64,000 bases of DNA from assembly GCA_030390025.1 (NCBI GenBank), contig CM059432.1:35218001-35282000 (forward strand), written 5' to 3'. Below, piece by piece: positions 45,135-58,273 of the stretch (position 1 is its first letter; each line of letters begins with the position of its first letter). Source of the DNA: Squalus acanthias. Taxonomy: Eukaryota. Made by a program: the position numbers and the translations under genes. The notes under the pieces are model-generated. The model saw only the letters and a program-made list of their open reading frames with translations, ran no database searches and was not told the origin of the DNA.

Positions 45135-47680
45135 TCTCTGCACTGCCCCATCAAACACTCCCAGGACAGGTTCAGCACGGGTTAGATACAGAGTAAAGCT
45201 CCCTCTACACTGTCCCAAACACTCCCAGGGCAGGTGCAGCATGGGTTAGATACAGAGTAAAGCTCCCTCTACACTGTCCCATCAAACACTTCCAGGGCAG
45301 GTGCAGCACAGGTTAGATACAGAGTAAAGCTCCCTCTACAATGCCCCATCAAACACTCCCAGGGCAGGTACAGCATGGGTTAGATATAGAATAAAGCTCC
45401 CTCTACACTGCCCCATCAAACACTCCCAGGGCAGGTGTAGCATGGGTTAGATATAGAGTAAAGCTCCCTCTACACTGTCCCAGCTGGAGATGGAGCACGC
45501 GGTGTCCACTGGCACGCTCAAGTCCTTCCGCGACCGGTGGGCACCGCAGGGTCTGGAGTGCATCATCACCACCGGTAATGGAATTTTAATTTAATTTATT
45601 AAGTTTCCTTTAATGTATTTTTGTTAATTTACAGTTTATTTGTTCGTACCCAAAAGAGTACACTGTCCCAAACACGCCCAGGGCAGGTACAGCACAGGTT
45701 AGATACAGAGTAAAGCTCCCTCTACACTGTCCCATCAAACACGCCCAGGGCAGGTACAGCACAGGTCAGATACAGAGTAAAGCTCCCTCTACACTGTCCC
45801 AACAAACACTCCCAGGGCAGGTACAGCACGGGTTAGATACAGAGTAAAGCTCCCTCTACACTGTCCCATCAAACACTCCCGGGCAGGTACAGCACGGGTT
45901 AGATACAGAGTAAAGCTCCCTCTACACTGTCCCAACAAACACTCCCAGGGCAGGTACAGCACGGGTTAGATACAGAGTAAAGCTCCCTCTACACTGTCCC
46001 ATCAAACACTCCCGGGGCAGGTACAGCACGGGTTAGATACAGAGTAAAGCTCCCTCTACACTGCCCCAACAAACACGCCCAGGGCAGGTACAGCACAGGT
46101 TAGATACAGAGTAAAGCTCCCTCTACACTGTCCCATCAAACACTCCCAGGGCAGGTACAGCACGGGTTAGATACAGAGTAAAGCTCCCTCTACACTGCCC
46201 CAACAAACACGCCCAGGGCAGGTACAGCACAGGTTAGATACAGAGTAAAGCTCCCTCTACACTGCCCCAACAAACACGCCCAGGGCAGGTACAGCACAGG
46301 TTAGATACAGAGTAAAGCTCCCTCTACACTGCCCCAACAAACACGCCCAGGGCAGGTACAGCACGGGTTAGATACAGAGTAAAGCTCCCTCTACACTGCC
46401 CCAACAAACACGCCCAGGGCAGGTACAGCACGGGTTAGATACAGAGTAAAGCTCCCTCTACACTGCCCCAACAAACACGCCCAGGGCAGGTACAGCACGG
46501 GTTAGATACAGAGTAAAGCTCCCTCTACACTGCCCCAACAAACACACCCAGGGCAGGTACAGCACGGGTTAGATACAGAGTAAAGCTCCCTCTACACTGC
46601 CCCAACAAACACGCCCAGGGCAGGTACAGCACAGGTTAGATACAGAGTAAAGCTCCCTCTACACTGCCCCAACAAACACGCCCAGGGCAGGTACAGCACG
46701 GGTTAGATACAGAGTAAAGCTCCCTCTACACTGTCCCAACAAACACGCCCAGGGCAGGTACAGCACGGGTTAGATACAGAGTAAAGCTCCCTCTACACTG
46801 CCCCAACAAACACGCCCAGGGCAGGTACAGCACGGGTTAGATACAGAGTAAAGCTCCCTCTACACTGTCCCATCAAACACTCCCAGGGCAGGTACAGCAC
46901 GGGTTAGATACAGAGTAAAGCTCCCTCTACACTGTCCCATCAAACACTCCCAGGGCAGGTGCAGCACGGGTTAGATACAGAATAAAGCTCCCTCTACCCT
47001 GTCCCATCAAACACTCCCAGGGCAGGTACAGCAGGGGTTAGATACAGAGTAAAGCTCCCTCTACACTATCCCATCAAACACTCCCAGGGCAGGTACAGCA
47101 CGGGTTAGATACAGAGTAAAGCTCCCTCTACACTGTCCCATCAAACACTCCCAGGGCAGGTACAGCACGGGTTAGATACAGAGTAAAGCTCCCTCTACAC
47201 TGTCCCATCAAACACTCCCAGGGCAGGTGCAGCACGGGTTAGATACAGAATAAAGCTCCCTCTACCCTGTCCCATCAAACACTCCCAGGGCAGGTACAGC
47301 AGGGGTTAGATACAGAGTAAAGCTCCCTCTACACTATCCCATCAAACACTCCCAGGGCAGGTACAGCACGGGTTAGATACAGAGTAAAGCTCCCTCTACA
47401 CTGTCCCATCAAACACTCCCAGAGCAGGTACAGCACGGGTTAGATACAGAGTAAAGCTCCCTCTACACTATCCCATCAAACACTCACAGGGCAGGTGTAG
47501 CACGGGTTAGATACAGAGTAAAGCTCCCTCTACACTGTCCCATCAAACACTCCCAGGGCAGGTGTAGCACGGGTTAGATACAGAGTAAAGCTCCCTCTAC
47601 ACTGTCCCATCAAACACTCCCAGAGCAGGTACAGCACGGGTTAGATACAGAGTAAAGCTCCCTCTACACTGCCCCAACAA
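45135..47680. repeat. 67-bp minisatellite, about 35 copies, intronic in NACAD
   Basis: Unit tacactgtcccatcaaacactcccagggcaggtacagcacgggttagatacagagtaaagctccctc; degenerate copies also at about 49490-49650. Confidence 0.95.
45483..45658 (+). mobile_element. Tx1/L1-like LINE 3' tail inserted in the minisatellite
   Basis: Encodes LEMEHAVSTGTLKSFRDRWAPQGLECIITTGNGILI* then a T-rich UTR; 12-bp TSD TACACTGTCCCA (45471-45482, 45659-45670). Confidence 0.7.
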
Positions 47681-47810
47681 GCCACAAATTTAGAACAGCC
47701 ACTCCAATGTATCCAGTCCTCATGTTTTCTTTAATCTTTAACAAGCCGGTATTGGTATTCAGTGATTCCCAACAAGGCCCAGTTTTTGTCATTGGTTGTC
47801 ATGGTTACTA

Positions 47811-48510
<700 letters not shown>

Positions 48511-49289
48511 TATTAGTTACAACACATTTTTAAAATCCATATGGAAGAGTACTGGCTGCTATACTTGTCGTTGGTTGGATGCCCTTCTCTCCTGAGATGC
48601 TGGGGTTTATGTTCGGTGTGGGGAATGAGTGGGTGGGTTCAGCAGTCATTGAACGTGGAGACCAACACGGAGCTTGGCTCTCCCATTGAATCACAGAGCT
48701 CCCTGCATCGCTCGGTGTCTCCAGAGTCATTTATTCCCAGGAATGATATAGACCATCACCCAGTGCATTGAACTTGGTTGGTATGTATATATGTATCTCG
48801 ATGTGTTGTGTGGTGTGAAGGTGGGGGCGAGTTCTTGTTGAACTGCTGGTCGTGGTTTGATACGACTGAGTAGCTTGCTAAACCACTTCAGAGGGCAGTT
48901 AAGAGTTAACCACGTTGGTGTGGGACTGGAGTCGTATATAGACTAGACCAGGTAAGGACAGCACGTGTCCTTCACTAAAGGACATCAGTGAACCAGTTGG
49001 GTTTATACAACAATATGACAGCTTCATGGTCACTTTTACTGATACCAGCTTTTTAATTTCCATGAATTTAAACAAAAAAGTTAAATTCTCAAACTGCCAT
49101 GGTGAGATATGAGCTCACAGTCTCTGGATTATTAGTCCAGTAACATAACCACTATACTACTGTATCCATATTGTGTTACTGCATGTACGTGTCTGTATTT
49201 TTGAGAGTGTGTGTGCCTTGTAGATATACGTGAGTGCACGTCTGTGTATTTGTGTGTGTGCACGTGTCTGTGTGTATGCTTTGACTCAC

Positions 49290-49373
49290 CTTTCGTGCCT
49301 TCTTTTCACTCCGGCTCTGCTTGGCTTTGCTGACAGGCTCATCACCAATCCCAACCGCTTGGGCCAACTGTGA
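49290..49373 (-). CDS. NACAD: NACAD exon
   Basis: SQLAQAVGIGDEPVSKAKQSRSEKKARK; GTGAG donor; an alternative in-frame acceptor lies 6 nt downstream (exon start 49367). Confidence 0.88.
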
Positions 49374-49659
49374 CTGTATGTGATTTAAAAAAAGTTGTAC
49401 TTAATATGCACCGACATCTGCGTGAACTGTTGACCTCATTAATGTGGAAAATAAGTGTTGGAGAGTACATTGTTTTCCACTCTGCAAGTGTCAGCATCAA
49501 ACACACCCTGTTCAGATACAGCATGAGTTAGATACAGAGTAAAGCTTCCTCTACACTGCACCAATACTCCCAGGTCAGGAACAGTACCAGTTAGATACAG
49601 AGTAAAATTCCCTCTATATTGACCAATAAACACTCCCAGCTCAGATACAACAACTTCAT

Positions 49660-51800
49660 CTTGCATTTATACAGCGTCTGTAATGTTGTAAAACGTCCCA
49701 AGGTGCTTCACAGGAGCACAATCAGACAAAAATTGACACCAAGCCAAAAAAGGAGACATTAGAACAAGTGACCAAAAGCTTTGTCAAAGAGGTAGGTTTT
49801 AAGGTTAGTCTTAAAGGAAGAGAGAGATGTGGAGAGGGAATTCCAGAGCTTAGAGCCTAGTCGGCTGAAGGCCCAGCCACCAATGGTGGGGCGAAGAGAG
49901 TGTGGGATGTGCAAGAGGTCAGAGTTGAGGAAATTCAGAATTCTTGGAGCTTTGTAGGGCTGGAGGAAGTTACAGAGACAGGGAGGGGCGAGGCCATGGA
50001 GAGATTTGAGCACAAGGATGAGAATTTTAAAATCGAGGCGTTGGTGGACCGTGATCAATCAGAGTGCACAGGGGTAATGGACGAGCAGGACTTGATGTAG
50101 GTTAGGATACGGGCAGCACAGTTTTGGATGAGCTCAAGTTTATGGAGGGTGGAAAATGGTAGGCTGGCCAGGAGAGCATTGGAATAGACACCTCTGGAGG
50201 TAACAAAAGCATGGATGAGGATTTCAGCAGCAGATAAGCTGAGGCAGGAGCAGAGATGGGCAATATTATGCAGCTGGAAGTAGGTGGTCTTGTGATGGAG
50301 AGGATATGGGGTCGGAAGTTCAGGTCAGGATTAAATACGACAACGAAGTTGCAAACAGTCTGGTTCAGCCTAAGACAGTAGCCAGGGAGGGGGGTAGAGT
50401 GGGTGGCGAGGGAACGGACTTTGTGACAGGGATCAGAGACAGTGGTCTTCCCAATATTGAATTGGTGGAAATTGCGGCTCAGCCTTACTAGATGTCAGAC
50501 AAGCAGCCTGTCAACATAGAGGCAGTGGAGTGTTTGAGAGAGGTGGTGGAGAGGTACAGCTGAGTCTCATCAGCATACATGTGGAATCTGACATAATGTC
50601 TTCGGATAATGTCGCTGAGGGGTAGCATGTCAATGAGAAATAGGAGGGGACCAAGGATAGATCCTTGGGGGACTCCAGAGGCAACGGTTCGGGAGGAGGA
50701 AGTGAAACCATTGCAGAAGATTGTCTGGCTATGACTGTATAGGAAAGAGTGGAAACAGGCAAGGGCAGTCCCACTCAGCTGGACAACAGAGGAGAGAAGT
50801 TGGAGGAGGATGGTGTGGTCAACCATATCAAAGCAGGGAAGGATGAAGAGGGATAGTGCACCACAGTCACAGAGGATGTAATTTGTGACTTTGATTAGGG
50901 CCTTTTCTGTGCTGTGGCAGGAGTGGAAATCTGATGAGAGTTTCAAACATGGAGTTGCAGGAAAGATAGGCACAAACTTGGGAGGCGACAACACGTTTGA
51001 GGACTTGAGAGGATCTGGTGATGAATGGTTGAACCAGTTGTGCGCTAACTACTTTCAAGTTTGTGTCCTTTGGAGGGGCCATACCACATGGAACAACTAG
51101 GGTGGGAGAGAGTATGAGTTTTATGGGAGAGGAGGGCATTAAAAGGTAGAGGAGAGGGAGTGATTGAGCAGATCGGTAGCTGCAGAAGGCAGAAGTATCA
51201 TGATTAATGGAGGGCCAAAGGTTAGACAATTGGACGTTTGAAAGTGCCGTTGTAAGTGACTTTGGGGAGAGTTTTTTCCAGGGGCAGATGCAGAAGGATG
51301 TGCGGTTGGAATTGGAATGAGTATTGAGGGATATAAGGAAGTGATCAGAAATTACATAGAATGTACAGCACAGAAACAGGCCATTGGGCCCAGCCAATCC
51401 ATGCCAACGTTTATGCTTGTCTTGTCTGTAATTGAGACGATGAAAATAGAGAAGCCACACAAGATGGCAAGGTTGAGGGAGTGGCCTGTAAACATGGGTA
51501 AGAGAGTTTGTGTGAGTGGAGGACAGGAGGGAAGTGAACTCAGAAGAGAGAGGGCAAGGTGAGTTGAGATGGAGGTTGAAATCACCAAGGATGAGAAATC
51601 GCTCAGTACAAAGGTTAAGGAAGGAAAGGAGTGAGGATATCTTGGTGAGAAACCTGGCGTGGGGCTTGGGTGGGCAGTCGAGAATGAGGATTTTAAAGGA
51701 GAGACGAGAGGGGTGGAATAAGGTGAGATGCTCAAAGGAGAAGGTGCCAGAGGAGTAGGAGGACAGACCAAGGTGAGATTTGGTGATAAGGGCCTCACTG
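49660..51800 (-). mobile_element. L2 LINE, degraded (endonuclease and RT fragments)
   Basis: LILGDFNLHL, HSTEKALIKVTN, GVPQGSILGP, YADE, QRLDFKIL; small CR1 tail inserted at about 51350-51415. Confidence 0.85.
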
Positions 51801-51839
51801 TCACACCGCAGCAGTTTGGGTGCAAGTACAGAGTAAAGG

Positions 51840-52050
51840 CTCCAGGTTACATAGAAATGTAGAGCTGTCATTACTTTGACTGCCACAGGGAGGTTTGTGC
51901 AGATTGAAGATGATCAATCTGGAGGGGACATGTGTTGGATAGCCGCCTGAGCCCACAGGTCAGTGACTACATCCCTGAATGGCCTCGGCCTTTGCATGCA
52001 CTGCTCCTCAGTCAGGGACAGGTCGTTGATTCTTAGGCTGTGCACACGGC
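51840..52050 (-). mobile_element. Harbinger transposase N-terminal fragment
   Basis: SLTEEQCMQR...DVVTDL and LPVAVKVMTALHFY resemble [10 protein letters not shown] and [14 protein letters not shown] at 21435-21600. Confidence 0.6.
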
Positions 52051-52052
52051 CC

Positions 52053-52105
<53 letters not shown>
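52053..52105. repeat. (TAG)n microsatellite
   Basis: Perfect trinucleotide run of about 17 units. Confidence 0.95.
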
Positions 52106-52199
52106 AGTGGCTGATGTGAGAAGCCTTCACACCAATCCTCTGTCTCCTGCGATACAGGTTGCCACATATTGCAGTCATAACAATATAAACAAAATAGTA

Positions 52200-52618
52200 C
52201 AATTGTAAAGAGGGTGCAGGAACAGGGCGACCTGGGGGTTCACATACACAAGTCTTTTGAAGGTGGCAGGACATATTGAGAAGGCTGTTAAAAAGGCATA
52301 CGGGTTCCTTGGTTTTATGAATAGAGGCATATGGGCTGCATTTTGATACTGGGGCGGGTTGGGGTCGTGTCATCCGCATTTCGTGTTATCCACCCGCCTG
52401 CAATTGGATGTGGGAGATTGATGCAATTTTCACTTAATTGGGCAATTGAGTTCCAGCATGTGGGAACCCATGAACCAATTAGAGGTTTGAGTCTGAAAGT
52501 CGCCTCTGATGATATCACATTGCAGGTCAGAGACTGCCTGGCCTTTGCTGTGAGAGGACCTGGATGCAAAATGAGCAGCATCAGAGAGAGACAGAGAGTT
52601 TGAGAGACAGAGAGAGAG

Positions 52619-52667
<49 letters not shown>

Positions 52668-54160
52668 CAGAGACAGAGAGACATCGATCCTCCCAGGCAG
52701 TCTCTGAAGACATTCAATGCAGCAGCATCAGAGGCGACTTTCAGATCTAATACTACTACTACCTTCATCACAATACTACTACTACCTTCATCACATCTCC
52801 GTTGTAATAGTGGACCTGCGGCTGATAGTCAGCTATCCACTTGTGCTCCTGCGAGGTTTCACTGGCGTGTTTCACATCAGGCGTACTTCACGTCGGAAAA
52901 GGGGTAAACTAGCTAAAACGTTTCAAAATGGCATTACAGAGCCAATTTAGGGCTTGTTAAGGGCTTTAATGGCCTCTCCCGCCTCTTGGAGGTGGGAACC
53001 CCGCGACCGATTTTGTCAAACTTGCGTGGAGGCGGAATGGAGTCGGGATGGGGTCGGGACCCCCGAATCTGCAACTTTAACCTCCCACACGCCTCCAAAC
53101 CCGACTCCACGGGTCATTGAAAATCCAGCCCATAGAGTACAAAAACAAGAAAGTTATGCTAAACCTTTATAAATCACTGGTTAGGCCCCAGCTGGAGTAT
53201 TGTGGCCAATTCTGGGCACCAAACTTTAGGAAGGATGTCAAGGCCTTAGAGGGTGCAGAGGAGATTTACTAGAATACCAGGGATGAAAGACTTCAGTTAC
53301 ATGAAGAAAATAGGGTTATTCTCCTTAGAGCAGAGAAAGTTAGGGAGAGATTTAATAGGAGGTGTTCAAAATTATGAAGGGTTTTGATAGAGTAAATGAG
53401 AAACTGTTTCCAGTGCCCGAAGGGTTAGTAACCAGAGGACCCAGATTCAAGGTAATTGACAAAACAACCAGAGGCGACACAAGGGAATTTTTTTTTATTA
53501 CACAGCATGTTGTTATGATCTGGAATGCACTACATGAAAGGGTGGTGGAAGAAGATTCAATAATAACTTTCAAAAGAGAATTGGATAAATACTTGAAGGG
53601 GAAACTTACAGGGCTATGGGGAAAGAGCAGGGGAGTGGGACTAATTGGATACCTTGTTCAAAGAGCCGGCACAGGCACAATGGGCTGAATGGCCTCCTTC
53701 TGAGCTGTATCATTCTATGGATGTGGGCCTTCAGTTATGTGGAGAGACTAGAGAAGCTCAGATTGTTCTCCTTAGAACAGAGAAGTTTAAGGGAGTTTAA
53801 ATAAAAGGTGTTCAAAATTATGAAGGATTTCGATAGAATAAATAAGGAGAAACTGTTTCCACTGGCCAGAGAGTCAGTAACCAGAGGACACAGATTTAAG
53901 ATAATTGGCAAAAGAACTAGTGGGGAGATGAGTAAAAATGTTTTTATGCAGTGAGTTGTTATGGTCTGGAATGCACTGCCTGAAGGTTGTGGAAACAGAT
54001 TCAATAGTAACTTTCAAAAGGGAATTGGATATATACTAGAAAAGGAAAAATTTGCAGGACTATGGGGAAAAAGCAGGGAAATGTGTCTAATTGGATAGCA
54101 CTTTCAAAGAGCTGGCACGGGCACCGAATAGCCTCCTTTTGTGTTATATGATCCTATGAA
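52200..54160 (+). mobile_element. Two consecutive CR1 3' fragments; the first is split by a MITE
   Basis: NRGIEYK, VRPQLEYC, FKIMKGFDR motifs and CR1 tails. Confidence 0.75.
52333..53131. mobile_element. MITE, probably Harbinger-like
   Basis: TIRs GGGCTGCATTTT ... AAAATCCAGCCC; TA/ATA duplication; flanks rejoin as CR1 aatagaggcatagagtac; internal (GA)n. Confidence 0.7.
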
Positions 54161-54901
54161 CACTCACCGGCATGGTAACCTGTCCTGGAGATACAAAAAC
54201 TCCACGTCAGGTTTGGAGCAACATAAACCAATGGAGTATTTATAGCACCCAATGAAAAATAGCCACAGCTGGCATCATGTAGTCCTTAACAAGCCCTTAA
54301 TTGCTGTTTAACACTGATTGCCGAATAACACCAGAACATTAGTTCTAATAAAATCTTTTTTCACAGGGCAGAAAATTTAGAATACTGCAACTGGTAGAAA
54401 TTTCTGTGTGTTTCCATCCACTTCAATTGCTAACTACCATAATTATCTGTGGAAAATCTGCCTTAATGTTGCTTATTAAGATTGTCAATTTAGTGCAAAT
54501 ATAAGGTGAGTTATGGGCACATGCATTTTAAACTCATCTTCACTGAGAACTAGGTAGAGACTTCTACAGCCAGCAGAGTGAGGAGATCGAATTGGGCTGG
54601 ATTTGAACCCTCATCCCAAAGATCAAACAACTGTATCTGATTATATCACCCAGTGTTTCCTATTCACAATGTCACAGTAGTAGATTGTCATGATGTTGCA
54701 CAACAGAAGCTAGGAGCAGCCATTTTGTGTAGAACTCTCCAAAGGAGGTTTGTATACAAAATGGCTTCTACCCAGCAATTCTAATGGCTGAGGGGTAAAA
54801 CTTATTATGCGAGGAACCCATGTCATGGTGTAGGACCCTCATACTGTCGACGGTTAGGACCGTTCAGATAAAGCTTTCACATTAATTTCTCCGTCACATA
54901 C

Positions 54902-54987
54902 CTGTTCATGTCCAGCTATCGGAACCGAGACCTCAGGCTCCTCAAGCTCAGGTACCGAGTCATCGCTGTCTGATTCATTGCAAGAGC
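54902..54987 (-). CDS. NACAD: NACAD exon
   Basis: (G)SCNESDSDDSVPELEEPEVSVPIAGHEQ matches the NAC-alpha ESDSDxSVPELEE motif; 86 nt, phase 1 to 0. Confidence 0.9.
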
Positions 54988-56502
54988 CTGGTAACACAAA
55001 GCAGCAGCATTAGTGAGACAGAGTCACTTAGGCACATATATGCTCGAGAAAAAGAAAGGCAATTTTAAATTGGAAGTACAATCCACTGACTTGCCCCAGA
55101 AAAGGATATCTCTGGACATTTATCAGTGCCTCATTCAATCTGTGTTGAAGTGTTCTGTAGCCAAGAGCTGCTGGTTAGAGGAAGACAGGGAGCGGCCATT
55201 TTGTTTAGCACACCTCCTGCGATGACACCATAAAAGGTCTTCTCCAGTGATATCAAAAAGCTATTCTCTCTATTTACTCTAATCCCATTTCCCAGCTCTT
55301 TCTCTGTACTCTTTAATATTTTTCTTCTTCACGTGTTTAATTGGTTAAGAAGAAAAATATTAAAAAGAGTACAGAGAAAGAGCTATGGGGAGAAGGTGGG
55401 TAATCTTAGCTCATCCTACCTAGAGACCTGACCCAGAGTGACATCCTCAACTGACTTAGCAATATACTTCCTCAGTTGATTGATGCTCCACAATGGTTTG
55501 ATCTGTTAAATGGCAAATCTAGTTTCATCCCCAGCTCTCTCTCTCTCTCTCTCTCTCTCTCCCCATCACACCGGTGGCTTTTAAGAAGCTTCCTAAATAC
55601 CAGGCTCCTGGGTTTGAGTGCCAAGATTCACAATATTGCACAGATCCCAGCTAACACTGATATAGCCTTTGCACACCTCACCATCACCAATTTTTCAATA
55701 GATCTGGACTTTAAAGCCACACTCCCTCCCCCTCCCCTTGCTGATTTCCAAGGGCAGGTCCCGTCGAGGCAGAGTATGCCTGTCCATACGTGGGTGGACA
55801 TATGGTAATTAGATGCAGCTGAGGGATATGCAGCCTCCGCTGTATTCCCCACATTTGCCAATGCTGGCTGTCATGCCTGGCATCCAGAGTTCAAAGGTCG
55901 TGGGGGGGGGGGGGTGTCGGCGGAGAGCCTAAGGGACATCAAAAAAGAGAGGCCCGTGCAAATGCGCTCAGAGCACACACCCCATCAGCAAACAGAATTT
56001 CATTTTTTATAGGACTGACAATTTTTTTAAAGCAGGCACACACAGCAGCTCCCTCTTTCTCCCAGTAGGCCCAGAGGCCTGCGCAAGTAAATCTCCGCCC
56101 CTGGTTTGACACAACTCTCCACTACTTACATGTAAATCACCCTGGAGCTGGTAACATGGCCAGGGTCGGGCAGGTGGCACTCTAGGGCAGGCCCCGGCAG
56201 AGATTCTCCCTAATCAGAAAGCCTAGGCCATTGTCTTCTTGTATACTTCAGAAGGGAATCTCCTCATTTGCATTACAGTTCGGGATTTAAAAAAAAACAT
56301 TCTTGGGATGTGGGCATCGCTGGCAAGGTCGATATTTATTGCCCATTCCTAGTTACCCTGAGAAGGTGGTGATACAACTGAGGGGCTTGCTGGTACTTCA
56401 GAGGGCAGTTAAGAGTCAACTAAGTTAGTGTGGGACTGGAGTCACATATAAGTCAGACTGTGCAAGGACGGCAGGTTTCCTTCCCTAAAAGACATTAATT
56501 AC

Positions 56503-56778
56503 CTCTGTTAATGGTGGTGGTCTCGTGTATCCTTTGCCTCACTGGGATCTGGGCATCCCTAGATTCCGATTTAACAGGGTCTTCCTGGGGAGAGCTCCTT
56601 CTCCTGACGTCTCGAAGTGGGATCGGGAATGGCAGCTCATTCTCACTGGAGGAACTCGAATCTGACGGACTAAAAGCATGACGTGTCTGGCGGTCGGGCT
56701 CGATGTCCGAGGACCTGGCTTCAGCTTGGACGGAGTGCGGGTGGTCAACTCTACGGCACTGCGCAGAGATCTGCAGGG
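56503..56778 (-). CDS. NACAD: Probable NACAD upstream exon (low-complexity, Ser-rich)
   Basis: 276-nt open frame LQISAQCRR...SDSSSSSENELPFP...HETTTINR(G) between tttttgcag and GTAATT; phase matches the next exon. Confidence 0.65.
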
Positions 56779-57209
56779 CTGCAAAAATAGGTCTTTTAAA
56801 GATGTTGCTAGACAGAATATTTGTATTACGAGTTTGATTTATTTACTTTTTAATATTGAGAAACCAAGGTGAAGTGACACAGGCCATAGGACAGGGCACC
56901 AGCAAGGTTGAAAAGAGCAGGAGAGAAGGTAAATCAGCAAGTAGTGACGCCAAGCTTTGATTTTAAGAGTCACGTCTCTGAGCCACTTGCGGCTTCCAAA
57001 CCCTGGGAACCCAGCCCATGAAAGTCCAGGGTCCTATTTGTGCTTATATTTCTTCATCGTTGGGTTCTCCTGTTTGAATTTTGTGGGCCCAGAAGATTGG
57101 AAAGGGCTGTTCTGAGTTAGGATTTATCCACAGCTCTAAGAACACCAAGATATGTATCAGCAACTTGAGATCAATGCAAATTAACGAGAACGTGGATTTA
57201 AAGCTCAGC

Positions 57210-57640
57210 CAACTCTCGCCTCGGAGTCAGAAAGTCATGGGTTCAAGTCCCACTCCAGAGACTTCAGCACATGATCTTGGCTGACACTCCAGTGCAGTAC
57301 TGAGGAAATGCTGCACTGTCGGAGGTGCCATCTTTTGGAAGAGATGAAAACCAAGGTCCCATTTTCCCTCTCAGGTGGACGTAAAAGATCCTGTGGCACT
57401 TCTTTGAAGAAGAGCATGCGAAATCCCCCCCCCCCGCCCCGCCGTGTCCTTGTCAATATTTATCCCTCACCCAACATCACAAACAGATTAACAGGTCATT
57501 TATCCCATGTTGTTTGTGGGACGTTGCCGTGCGCAGATTGGTTGGCGTGTTTTCCTACATTACAACAATGACTAGACTTCAAAAGTACTTCATTGACTGT
57601 AAAGCACTTTGATACGTCCTGAAAGATGCTGTAGAAATGT
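57210..57640 (+). mobile_element. Deu-like tRNA SINE
   Basis: B-box ggttcaagtccc; core gacactccagtgcagtactgagg...ctcaggtggacgtaaaagatcc. Confidence 0.8.
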
Positions 57641-58273
57641 AAAAGCAAAATACTGCGGATGCAGGAATCTGAAATAAAAATAGAAAATGCTGGAAATACT
57701 CAGCAGGTCAGGCAGCACCTGTGAAGAGAGAAACAAAGTTAACATTTCAGGTCGATGACCTTTCGTCAGAACTCGAAAAATTTAGAGATGTAAGAGATTT
57801 TGAGCAAGTACAGAGGCAGGGAAAGGTGGGCGAGGAGGAAAGAAGAAAGGGAAAGGTCTGTGATAGGGTGGAAGGCAGGAGAGATTAAATGACAAAAGGG
57901 ATGATGGTGCAAGGCAAAAGGGGATGGTAATGGGACAAGTAAAGAAACAAAAGATGGGTCTAGAGGAGGTGTAAATGGCAATAGCAGAATCATTACCAAC
58001 AGCTGGTGTCCAAAAAAATGGGAGCAGTGGTTATGATCTAAAATTGTTGAACTCTATGTTGAGTCCGGAAGGCTGTAAAGTGAGGAACTGTTCCTCAAGC
58101 TTCCATTGAGTTTCATTAGAACAGTGTAGGAGGCCAACGACAGAGAGGTCAGAGTGGGAGTGGGGCGGAGAATTAAAACGACAGGCGGCCGGAAGCTCAG
58201 GGCCTCATTTGCGGACTGAATGGAGGTGTCCCACAAAGCAATCACCCAATCTGCGTTTGGTCTCCCCGTATAT
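57641..58273 (-). mobile_element. Penelope-like retroelement 3' end (GIY-YIG remnant and pLTR region)
   Basis: Minus strand encodes GETKRRLGD...FNSPPHSHSDLSV...KLEEQ...LQPSGLNIEFNNF; pLTR tail gctgcctgacctgctgagtatttccagcattttc; a second short tail at about 41150-41220. Confidence 0.8.
57733..57775 (-). ncRNA. Minimal type I hammerhead ribozyme motif (Penelope-associated)
   Basis: GAGUU-CUGACGA-A-AGGUC(AUC)GACCU-GAAA-UGUUA-ACU: catalytic core boxes, 5-bp stem II, very short stem III. Confidence 0.6.

Noticed and set aside
45135..47680. CRISPR-like regular array
   Set aside because: Head-to-tail 67-bp units with no unique spacers, no cas genes and a vertebrate intron context; it is a minisatellite. 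No hammerhead core was seen in the unit on either strand.
50867..51886. 339-aa ORF as a novel gene
   Set aside because: Chance read-through of a Harbinger fragment, L2 remnants and an inserted CR1 tail.
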